64,000 bases of DNA from NCBI RefSeq assembly GCF_016433145.1, contig NC_058133.1, positions 166,635,844-166,699,843 on the forward strand. The letters run 5' to 3'. The first letter of the stretch is position 1. Every line of letters begins with the position of its first letter. The notes under the pieces were generated by a model. It worked only from the letters and a program-made list of their open reading frames with translations. It had not been told where the DNA came from and ran no database searches. A program made the position numbers and the translations under genes. This DNA comes from Gracilinanus agilis (lineage: Eukaryota). Shown piece by piece: positions 1-11,800 of the stretch.

Positions 1-1322
1 ACTCTCTACTATCTATAAACAGGTACATGTCTTCCTCTAATCTTAAGAAATCTTTATTTGATCCTTCCATCTGCACTATACTCCTTTATCTCTTCTACCA
101 TTTGTGACTAAACTCCTCAAAAAGCTCATCTACAATAGGTGCTTCCACTTTCTTTCTTCCTCTCTCTTCTTAACCTCTTTAACAATATGGCTTCCTACAT
201 CATTCCATTGAAACTGCTCTCTCCAAAGCTACCAATGATCTCTTATTTGCCAAATCAATTTTTTTCCAATCCTCATTCTCCTTGAACTCTCTGAAACCTT
301 TGATACTGTTAATTATTCTTTTCTCCTTGATAATGTCTTCTATTTAAGTTTTTGGTACACACCTTTTTTCTGGTTCTCTTCCTACCTATCTGACCACTCC
401 TCTGTCTCTTTTGCAAGTTCTTCCTCCAGATCACACCCTCTAACTATAGGATATCCCTCAAGGTTCTGTTCTGGACCATTTCGCTTCTCCCTCAAAACAA
501 CATTTGACTTCTTTCATCAGCTTCCATGGACTTATTTATCATCTCTACCTGATGATTCTAAAAAATCTACCTTTCCTGCCCCAAACTCTCTGCTGACCTC
601 CAATTTCACATCTCCAAACTGCCTTACAAATTAAAAGAGATCTCTAGGAAATATCTTAAGCTAACATGTCCAAAACAAAACTCATTATCTTTCCCTCATT
701 ACTGTGGCAAGTGGGTCTTCCTCCCTCAAGTCTCCATCCACTCCAATCCATTCTCTATTCAGCCACCAAAGTGATCTTTCCAAATCATAGGCCTGACCTT
801 GTTACTCCCTTACTTGATATACTTCAGTGGTTTCCTATTACCTCCAGAATCAAATACAAAATACTCTGTCTAGCTTCAAAGTCCCTCATAACCTAGCCCC
901 CATCTGACCTTCTGGTTTTCTTACAACTTACTCCCAGTCAGTACTCTTCAAATCAGTGACATTGGCCTTCAGGCTGTTCAAGACACTCTGATTCTCAAGC
1001 TCCAGCAATTTTCTCTGGCTGTCTCCCATGCCTGGAATATTCTTTCTCCTCAACTCTACCCAATTACTTCCCTGGCTTCCTTTAAGTACCAAGTAAAATC
1101 CCATCTTCTACAAGAAGTCTTGCCCAGCCTCTCTTAATTCTAGAGCCTTCCCTCCATTATTTTTTCTCTATTTACCCTGTATCTGGTTTATTTTGTTTGT
1201 ATATCATCTCCCCCTATAGACTGCTAAGTTCCTTGAAAACAGGAACTATATTTTGCCTCTTTTTGTATCCCCAATTGCCTTAGCACAGTGCTTAATACAT
1301 AGTGGGCCCTTGATTGATTGAT
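1..1322 (+). mobile_element. Degenerate LINE-2 (RT region to 3' end), left-truncated by the window edge
   Basis: Decayed RT motifs (atatccctcaaggttctgttctggacc, similar to GVPQGSVLGP; a YADD-like remnant near 545-560); ends with the L2-type (TGAT)n tail. Confidence 0.8.
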
Positions 1323-1679
1323 TGGTTCTCCCTCTCGACTCTAGCTTCCTTCAAGTCTTCTCAAATGCTGCCATCTGCCTTCCTCCCCATATATCCTGTA
1401 CATGCGGTTGTTTGCATGTTGTCTTTCACATTCGAATGTGAGCTCCTTGAGAAAAGCGACAGTTTTTGTCTTCCTTGGTACTCCCAGCACTTAGCCCAGT
1501 GCCTACCACGCAGAGTTTTAATACTTGTTGACTATCTGCAAAACGTTTTTTTTTAGTGCATTGTAAATTTTAACGTGGTATAAAATTGAGTTATTGTTAT
1601 TGGTTATCACGTAAACCACAATAGGCTAAGAAGTAAAAGATTCGGTCTCAAAGCTAAATTGGGCAACCAACAACAAATC

Positions 1680-2860
1680 TCAGCATGTACTGGGAATGTA
1701 CCGTTACCCTGTCCTGAAAACTACAATTCCCAGGTCACCCTGCGACAAACGACACGTTTTTACCTCAAATGCCGGTTGACGTCTCCCTCCACATCCCAAT
1801 CCCTCACCTTTGCTGGGTTCGAACCGACAGAGAGAAGGCTGTTATATTTTCCTAGTTCTTCAGGAGCCTGGTTTAGTCGGAGGGGATGGACCAATTAACT
1901 TACCTGATAAGTAAAATCGAAGTATAAACCCTCACCGCTTCCAGAGCCCCGCCCAGGAGTTGTTGCGCTTGCGCGGTGACCCACCAACCAATCAACCGCC
2001 CGTGCTAAGGCGCCTGCGTAGAGAACACCAGCGTGCGAGATTCCGCACGCGGCCGGGCTGGGAGCGGTCATCCAATTGCGCCTGCGCCCGTGCTGCCCCT
2101 CCCCTCCGTTTGGTGCTCGCTCTACCTAGCTTATATAGCCGTTCAGGCAAGAGAGGCGGGGCCCTAGGTGACGATTGGCCTGAATCGGTGCCTGTCAATG
2201 AAGCGTGTGCGGGGATTGGCGGCGGCACGAAGAACAGCAGGTTTAGCTGTAGGCGTTGTAGCGGCGGCGCTGCTTGGGCTCCGCATTCTGGCTCCATCTC
2301 CAGAAGGTTCTGCCGGTTGTCCTAGCTCCCGGTTCCCGGCTCTGCGCCGCCATGATGGGCCATCGCCCCGTGCTCGTGCTCAGTAAGTCGTGGGGGGCTA
2401 GAGACCGATCTCCTTTTCTGTGCCAGGCCTCCCCTTTCTCTTCTTAGAAGGCCCCCGATCCTCAGGAATCCTCCTAACTGATCTCTGAGCGCGCTCCCTT
2501 ATCTGCCCTTAGTAACGCCCGGATCCCCCGAGGCTGCGGGATCCCTTACCCAGCAGTCACTCCCTCCTCTGCCTTCCCTCCCCGGAGTCCCTCCTCGGCG
2601 TGGGGCCGCGCCACGTTGGTGCAACCCCTTTCTCCTCCCAGGCAGAGGGAACCCCGTTGCTTCCTCCTCTGACAGGCCTCCCCCTTCTAGACCCCTTTAT
2701 TCGCCTGGATTCATTGATGCTTCCCCTCCCCCCACACACATGTGATTTCTTTTTTTCCGATTCCCGCAACTCTCCCCAGTTCTTCACGGGAGAAATAGCC
2801 TGGGCTCTATCCCGTGGAGCAGAGACCCTATGGTTCGACCCCAAAAGAGGCCCTTAGCCT
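1680..2860. promoter_or_regulatory. CCT3 CpG-island promoter (ZNF143/SBS, NRF1-like, CCAAT, GC boxes, HSE)
   Basis: High CpG density against a CpG-poor background; AACTACAATTCCCAG 1719-1733; TGCGCTTGCGC 1964 and TGCGCCTGCGC 2077; CCAAT 1988 and ATTGG 2174; CCCCGCCC about 1947; tCTCcaGAAggTTCt 2297-2311. Confidence 0.85.
2352..2382 (+). CDS. CCT3: CCT3 coding exon 1
   Basis: gccgccATGATGGGC...CTC A|gtaagt; [10 protein letters not shown]. Confidence 0.97.
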
Positions 2861-5800
2861 CTCGGAACCTCAATTTCCTCATCTATAGAATGGGAACGAT
2901 GACCTGCATCCTTCGCTGCAGAGGGTCATTGGTTTGTAAAACCCAAGAATGCTTTATATGCTAGCATCCTCTCAATTAGGTAGTTCTTTTTTTTCCCTTT
3001 CCTCTATCAACTCCCATAATTTTTTCCCATCCCATGTCGAGTTTTGTTCTTTCAGTAGAGACATACCTATCTTCAGACCTTGTCCCCGAGAGGGATCTGA
3101 GATGGGATCAGAACACATTAGAAGTTAATTTGTATTGTTAAGAATTGTGGCTTATTTTGTAACCTTGGTTATAGTTATATGTATGTTGAAAGATTTGAAG
3201 ACATTAAACCTGTGTGAAGAAACAGAATCAAAATCATGAATTTTGGAGCTTGAGGAAACTTTGAAAGTCATCTAGTATTCTAAGCTACTGCCCTACTTTG
3301 GTTACTTTTCTCTCTCCCCTCTCTTCTTCCCTCACCCCCAATAGCCCTGTTTCTTTCTTTCTCTCTTTCTCTGGTTAGTTCCTGGTATTGGCTAATTAGA
3401 CGTCTGAGCACCTTCAGTACCACTAACAGAAAAACAATATTAAAAACAATTTTTTTCTCCTGTTTTCTTGTAATCCCATTGGGATTTTCTCTGGTGAAAA
3501 ATAATACTAAGAATGCACTGTAAGGGGTTCTCTTAAGTCTCAGTGATGTTAGGAGTCTTTTTTTCTGGCTGCTACTCCTTTAGGTCATGTGTATTATCTT
3601 CCAGGTGAAGTGTAAATTCCCTCAAGATGGTCAGAGTCTCAATTTTGCATTTGTAGTTGTAGTAATAGCTTAATAAATACTTTTCATTTATCACAAGTGT
3701 GAAAAAGCAAAGGCAATGCATAAGGTAATGTTCATTTGTTTTGTTTTTTATGCATTTCAGGTCAGAGTACAAAACGGGAATCTGGAAGGAAAGTGCAATC
3801 CGGGAACATCAGTGCTGCCAAGGTACCTTTCTTTAGATCTCCAGGCTTGTTTTCGTCTTAAGTTTGAATTCCCTTTTTTTCTCAGCATTGCAACAGCCCC
3901 TCAGTGATGATATATTTGAATATTAACTTTATAACCAAAGTTAACAAAGCCAAAGGTGACATGTGAGATGAATTGAAAGCTGGTATTTTAGAAAGGGGGG
4001 GGGGGTAACATTCCTCAAGGATTCCAATTCCTTTGCCATTATTAGTTCACCTGGGCAGCTTGCGATACATTCACTTGAAAGATCCCTGCCCTTTGTCAAA
4101 TTTCTGCCTTTCTTCTCTTCTTCTAACCCTCATGATTTCCTTTGTATATGGAGCTCTAGTTAAGGAAACTCCTGTTCTCAGTGCAAATAGACAACTGTTA
4201 TGCAACTTCTTTATCTCTTTATTAAACTCAAAAAGTTATATATATATATATATATTTTTTTTTTAACCCTAACCTTCCTTCTTGGAGTCAATACTGTGTA
4301 TTGGCTCCGAGGCAGAAGAGTGGTAAGGGTGGGCAATGGGGGTCAAGTGACTTGCCCAGGGTCACACAGCTGGGAAGTGTCTGGGGTCGGATTTGAACCT
4401 AGGACCTCCAGTCTCTAGGCCTGGCTCTCAATCCACTGAACTACCCAGCTGCCCCCAAGTTATATTATTTTTTAAAGCTGTATTGGAGTTTGCTTAGCTA
4501 TGCTTTTCTTCTTATCAGACTATTGCAGATGTGATCCGAACATGTCTGGGACCTAAGTCCATGATGAAGGTGAGTTTAGCTTTTTTTGTAACACCAAGCT
4601 GTAAAAATACTGCCTCCAATTTTGTTCAACAACACCTATATCCTCTAATTTTGTCTTAGATGCTTTTGGACCCAATGGGTGGCATTGTGATGACCAATGA
4701 TGGCAACGCCATTCTCCGAGAGGTTTGATTTTATTTTGCGTTCTTGTGCTTTCATAGTGAACCAGTATCAAAATGGAAGATATTAGCATGCTTTTCCTAA
4801 GAAGATTCAGTAGGGGATTGGAGATAAAGGCATTGTGCTTGTGTTTTCCAGAAAGGAAGAGAATTTAAGAGGTGGCTTAAATAGATAATAAAGTTTGAAA
4901 TCTACAGCTTTTACTATATTAGGCCTTGCTAGGAGCAGAATGAGGAAACACAGGAGTGCATAGCTCCAAGGTGGAGAGCTAAGTTAGGGACAAGCAGAAT
5001 AGAAAAAGAGTAATGTTGGGAATTGTCTTTTCCATCTCCAGATTCAAGTCCAACATCCAGCAGCTAAGTCAATGATTGAAATCAGTCGGACTCAGGATGA
5101 AGAAGTTGGGGATGGGACTACATCAGTGATTATTCTTGGTAAGATCATGGGGAAGTTAATGAAAGAAAACAATACAGTATGAGTAAAGTACTTATATAAA
5201 TTCCTTTTATATATTTATATATACATTTTACATAAAAAATAAGGTAGTGAGTAATTTTGCTACTTTTGATTGTACTTTAATAGATTCAAACATAAAAGGT
5301 GAGTTTTTTCAATCCTAGCTGAGTGGAATATAGGCCATGTGGCACGTTAGGAAAAGCACTAGATTAGTAGTCAGAGGACCTGACTTAATTTCTAAATAAT
5401 AACCTTGCATTTAACATCTGGTGACTTTATCTTCCTTGTCTGTAAGAGGAGATGATATGAACTCCACCTAGCATAAAGCCATTGTCTTCCATTTCACAAA
5501 GTATCGCCAGTGTTCTCCTGAAGCTTTGTGGACCACTTTACTACATGTTGGCACCATTTCTACTTGGTTGCAGAGTTCTACCAAAAAAAAATTTTTTTTT
5601 GTATGTTTAAAAAATGAGTCATTTTTGGACTTGGCCAATGTAGAAATTTGTTTTGCTGAACTGTACCTATTTTTAAAGGCTTTTGTTTTCCCTTTAAATT
5701 TTTTTTCATTGGGAGGAAAATGTTGTATAGAGAACATAAAAGCTTATTTTAAAAACTAATGACACAGCTGTGTGACCCTGGGCAAGTCACTTGACCCCCA

Positions 5801-8800
5801 TTGCCCACCCTTACCACTCTTCCACCTATGAGACAATACACTGAAGTTAAGGGTTTAAAAAAAAAAAACTTAATGACAAAACTTTAGACAAATCGACTAC
5901 ATGTTGATTTAGTTGATTTAAAGTTGATTTACTTTACAGTGTTGTTGAGCATGTCCCAAAATCCTACATGAATTACTATTGTCATGTGTAATGGTTGTTG
6001 AAGAGTATAGTTTGTCCCTGCTAAATTGAGAATCATAGGGTATGATTATATCTTTACCCTTACTCTACTCTGTTCAGGATTTTACATTTATCAGAACATG
6101 AGCTTTTTTGTATTTTTAGAATCAATACTACGTATTGGTTTCAAGACAGAAGAGTGGTAAAGGCCAGGAAGTTAATTGACTTGACTAGAGTCACACCGCT
6201 AGGAAATGTCTAAGACCTGTTTGAACCCAAGACCATCTGTTTCTAGGCCTGACTCTCAATCCATTGAGCCACCTAGCTTCCCCTTCAGTTCTGAGCTTTA
6301 AGGAAAATTTGAGAGAGCTGTTAATACTGTGAAAGAGAAGGTAGGAGCTTAATTTCTTGAGTGTATATCAAAAATAACTCAGGAAGAAATAATTGAAATT
6401 ATATGAGGGAAATTAGATGTCAGACAGAGCTTTCTATTGTCAGATAAACAAAGGACATATTTTACCTGAGGATGATGAAAAATATGCAGGTGGTTTTAAT
6501 AAGATGACCATTAGAGTATTTTGGCAGTCTCAAAAGCAATTTCATCTTTGACAAGATAAACCTAGTTCTATTTCATCTTGATAGCCTATTGATGACTACT
6601 TTATTGAGCTGTCTATGTCTCTTCTTTCCTTTAGCTGGAGAAATGCTGTCAGTGGCTGAGCATTTCCTAGAGCAACAGATGCACCCAACAGTAGTGATTA
6701 GTGCCTACCGAAAGGCATTGGATGATATGATCAGCACACTTAAGAAAATCAGGTATTGGGGAAAGGGGTATATACACTATAAGGAATGGCATAAATTAAA
6801 CTGGACCCCATTGTGTGATGGGATAATAAAAATTGGTAAGGAGGAAAGTATTACTCATTCGCTCTTTACCTTGTCTCCTCAGTACAATATAGAGAGGGAA
6901 GAAAGATTTTAAAAAGTGATATGTAGTCTGAACACAGGAATAAAAAGATCAGATCATTCAAAATTCTGGAAAACTATTCCACAGACTAATAACAAGCTAT
7001 TTTCTTTTGGATGTAAATTGAGAGCACATAGTATTTAAATTACCTCTAAGAAAAAAACTGTCATTTGAGTCTGAATGGGCAATGGACTTTTTAATCACCT
7101 GATTAAAGTTAGTGGAAAGTCCACTATACTGTGCTATGTTCAGACTACATCAGGAGTATTATAATTAGTTCTGGGCTCCATTTTTTTTAAGAAAGCCACC
7201 AGGATGGTGACAAATTTGGGAGCTATGTTATATGAAGAATAGTTAAAAGAGCATGGGATATTAAGCCTGGGGAAGAAAAAGAATGAGAGGGATATAAATA
7301 TCTTTGGATATATTAAGCAGGAAGGAGTAGATTTATTTTTTTATTGTTCTAATGCACAGAACTTGACCAATAAATGTAGCATAAATTTATGCTTAGAATA
7401 AGGAATGATGCTTTATTGTTGGATAGTAAATTCTGTGTAAACATTTAAGCAGAGCCTAGATGAGCAAGTGTTGGGAATATTGGAAGCCCAAAGGGAGCAC
7501 TTTCCCCTCCCTTGTGGGGAGCAGGGCACAGCACTCAGTCTCTAAAAGGTTCACAATCACTGGTCTAAACCAGCTCTCCTCATTGTAAAGGTAAATAAAC
7601 TTGAGACTCAAAACAGTCAGGATTTAGAGCTTAAAGATGTATTAAGAGAATTTCTTGCAACCCTCTCGTTTTAGAAATGAATCAAATGAGGTCCAAGAAA
7701 AGTTAAGCAGTTCCTAAGTTGTGAGCCCAAAAGTAAAATAGCTAATAAGTATGAGAGTCAAGATTTAGACTTTATAATTGCCTACCAAGAAGCCTGGCAC
7801 TCTTCACACTACCACAAGCAAGGGATGATGGTACTACTTTGTATGAGCAGGTGCTCAGTTGGGCTACTATAGATGGTCACAAAAAACTCCTCTGGTTCTC
7901 TGTTACTTTTGGATATGATGCAAGGTCCTTTGGCTTTCAAAGACTTCCATTACATCACATACATATCCCTTGGCTGCTTTTCCAACCTTATATGTTTTAC
8001 TTACTTTTGCCCACTTCATTTCATTTAATACAAACTCACCAAGATTCTTGCTGTTTCATCTATCCCTATGTCCTGATAGGTGTTCTCCTTTCTTACCTTT
8101 GCTCAGTGGAATCCTTAGTTTCTTCATAGATCAATGCAAAGGCCCTCCATGAGACCTTTCCTAATCCTTCCACCACATCCTAACCTGCCACCTGCTTGTG
8201 CTTTGCCCAAAAAAGTACTTTTCCTTTATTTTGTATAGACTTAATTAAGATGCACGTGTTGCCTTCTCCTATAAAACATAAGTTCCTTATTAATAGTACT
8301 ATTTCGTTTTTGTCTTTATATCTCTAGCACCTAGCATGATGCCTGGCACATAACATAGGCTCTTTTTCTTTTCTTTTCTTTTTTAAACCCTTAACTTCTG
8401 TGTATTGGCTCATAGGTGGAAGTGGTAAGGGTGGGCAATGGGGGTCAAGTGACTTGCCCAGGGTCACACAACTGGGAAGTGTTTGAGGCCGGCTTTGAAC
8501 CTAGAACCTCCCATCTCTAGGCCTGACTCTCAATCCATTGAACTACCCAGCTGCCCCCATAAGCTCTTAATAAATACATGTTAGTTGACTGACTGAAAAA
8601 ATAGCATTGAAAGTTGCCCCTAGAGATGTGCAAGCTCTGTGGAGTATATGGCTTGAACTTAGCCTTGGAGGATAAATAAAATTTAGTTAAAGCATAGGGA
8701 GAGTAACATAGTAAAAATTTCATGTGATGGTTTTTGTTTGTTTTGTTTTTTAAACCCATACCTTCTGTCTTAGAATCAATACTAAGTATTGGTTCTGCAG

Positions 8801-11800
8801 CAGAAGACCAGTGAGGACTGGATATTTTGGGTGAAGTGACTTACCCAGGGTCACACAGCTAGGAAGTGTCTGAGATCAGATTTGAATCTAGGTCCTCCAA
8901 CAAATTATATATTAAAACTGTTCAGAATTGGTAGGCATTGGATGAGTTTACAATGAAATTTGAATACAAACAATTTGACAGTAGGTAAAGGGTGATTTTA
9001 CTTGTAGACAGATCAATCAAGTATTTTTCAAGCAACTGTTAAATTTGAACAAGGTACTATTCTAGGCTCTGGGAATTTAAATTTTAAAAAGAAAGAAAAC
9101 CAAACGAGGACTCAAGAGACATGCAGTGTTCTCTTTCTTTTTTGTGTGTGTTTTTTTTTTTTTTTACCCTTTCTGCCTCAACTTCCTCATTTGTAAAAGA
9201 ATAATAACCTACTTCCCAGCACTGTAAAACTTAAATGAGATAATATGTAAAGAATATTTAATGCAGTGCTTGGAATATAGTATGTTTAATAAATGCATGT
9301 TTCCTTACTGCTTCCCAAGTTACTGTGAATATGAAATAAAATAATATTTGTGAACAGTTTGCAGATTTTAAAGCAGTCTACATTTAAATGCTAGCTATCA
9401 TGCTACCTCTATGTATTTGCAGTATAAACACAAAATAGTTGATTATAAGATAATTTTTGAAGGATACTGGATTTGGGGAAGAGAGATCAGAAAAGGCCTT
9501 GTGTAGAAGGTTGTGTTAAGAGCTGGGTCTTGAAGGAAAGAGTTTCCAGACATGGGGAAGAACCAGGGCAAGGGAACAGAGATTAAGTATATCATATGTA
9601 AGGATCAGGGAAAGCAGTGTAGCCAGATTATAGAGCACAAGGTAGGAAAGTGATGGGTAGATAATGATGGAAAAGATAGATTGGGACCAGACTATTAATG
9701 GCTTTAAAAACAAAGAAGTTTATCTTTTTCTTAAAGGCACTGAGAAGGGGGCAGCTAGGTAGCTCAGTGGTTTGAGAGCCAGGCCCAGAGACTGGGAGGT
9801 TTTGGGTTCAAATATGGCCTCAGGCACTTCCTAGCTGTGTGACCCTGGGTAAGTCACTTAACTCCCATTGCCTAGCCCTTACCACTCTTCTGCCTTAAGA
9901 AGGTAAGGATTTTGTTTTTTGGTTTTTTTTCCCCTTTCTTTCTTTTTTTCTTAAATAAATAAGCACTGAGAAGAAAATGGGATTGATATAGTCAGTTCAT
10001 CACTTGAGGGAAAATCACTGGCAACAGTTTAAGATGTTTTAGAGACAAGAAGTTTGAGATATTAGGAAACCACTGCAATGAGATGGGAAGCACTGATAAG
10101 GGCTAGAATTCAAGAGGTTTCTATGTAAGTAGAGAGGCTGCAAGAAATGATGAGGTAACACCACAAAATTTGGCAACTGATTATAGATAGGTAGGGTGAG
10201 AAAGAGTCAAGAGTTGAAGATAGCACCACTATGAACCTGGGAGACCAGAAGACGGGTGACTTTTCAGAAATAGGAATGTTTGGAAAGAGGAAAGATTGTT
10301 CTGTTTTATACGTACTGAGTTTGAGAGGCCTAGAGGATGTCTAATTTGAAATGTCCAATAGGCAACTGGTACTTCAGGACTGGATCAGTCTGGATGTACA
10401 TGTGTAAGATAGATATATGTATGTATTATCTGCATAGAAATGCAATGAGTCCAGGGGAGCTGATGAGGGATATAAAAAGAACAACAAATTAACTTATGGA
10501 CGTTCTTTCAGTCATTAAGGAAATAGGATCTCTCTCCTGCCTCTTAGCTCATTATTTTAATCACTTGGCATCTGAATGGCAAACCAAGTGACTTTCTCTA
10601 TAAATATCCTCCAGACTGCCCCCTGAACATATGTTTTTCTTTCTTCCTTTTTTCCAGTACCCCTGTTGATATCAACAACCGTGATACAATGATGAATATC
10701 ATTGATAGTGCCATTCGCACTAAGGTGATCAGCCGCTGGTCCTCCCTGGCTTGTACCATAGCCCTGGATGCTGTAAAAATGGTACAATTTGAGGAGAATG
10801 GCCGAAAAGAGATTGACATTAAGAAGTTTGCTAAAGTGGAAAAGGTAATAGCCTCTGTGAACTTCTAACTATCTCCCTTAGAGATGTGGATCGAGATCAG
10901 ATAGGCAATTTAGATTATCCCTTCCCTGGATTATGGTCCTGGCAAGAAGTACTTTCCATACCTGGAGTTATACTCGGTATTAGTCTTAGCAGAAGTACAC
11001 AGATTTGTTGATAGATAACTGGTTGCCCTTGGGGAAAAAAGAAAGCAAAATTAGAACCTAGGGATTTTTCCCATATTTTCACATCTATACCTCAACTAAT
11101 ATACATTACCACCATAGGTTTCTTGGTTTCTATTTGTGTCTTGGAAAATCACAAAGTTAGACTTGGAATACAGATTTTTAAAGAGTGAAATTATAAGCTT
11201 TGCTATGTTAACTTCAGGTCCTTATAATCTAACCTCCAGATTGGTTAATGCACTGCAGAAATCCTAAACTTTTAGTCTACATACCAATCTCCCTTCTCCT
11301 TTAGGGGCTCAGACATAATATAGTGTCTAAAGGCCAGCAGGGGGAGCCCAGAGTCCTTCCAGATTTTGAGTGGGGGGAATCATAGACTTAAAGTGGAAAG
11401 AGTAGTTCTCAAACTATTTGGTTTCTAGACTCCTTGTACATTCTCTAAAATTATTGCAGACCTTAACCCACCCCCCAAAAAAGAACTTCGGTTTGTATTT
11501 ATTGGTCTTTATGATATTAGAGATTAAAATGTCTTAGCATTATCATGAAAATTGTTTTGACCTGTCAGACCTCCTGAAAATGTCTCAAAGACCATACTTT
11601 GAAAGCTGCTGATCTCATTCATTTTCCTCATAGTTGAGGAAGCTGAGGCCTGATGAAGTCATTAGCCTGAGTTGGCATCACTAATTGGCCAGGCTGACTT
11701 CTGTGTGCATTTCCAAGCAGACAGTGTTCTTTGGTATACTGACTGAATTGCTTCCCTTTGATACCAAGCCTCTGAGTGGCAGGCTTAAGAGTAGATATCG

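Noticed and set aside
666-896. 76-aa ORF as a gene
   Set aside because: Remnant of LINE-2 ORF2
1960-2857. ORFs across the CCT3 CpG island as TSACC or new genes
   Set aside because: No resemblance to TSACC as I recall it; expected by-products of high GC
3605-3724. Cryptic cassette exon in CCT3 intron 1
   Set aside because: The best donor (3725) leaves only 36 nt to the exon 2 acceptor, too short for an intron
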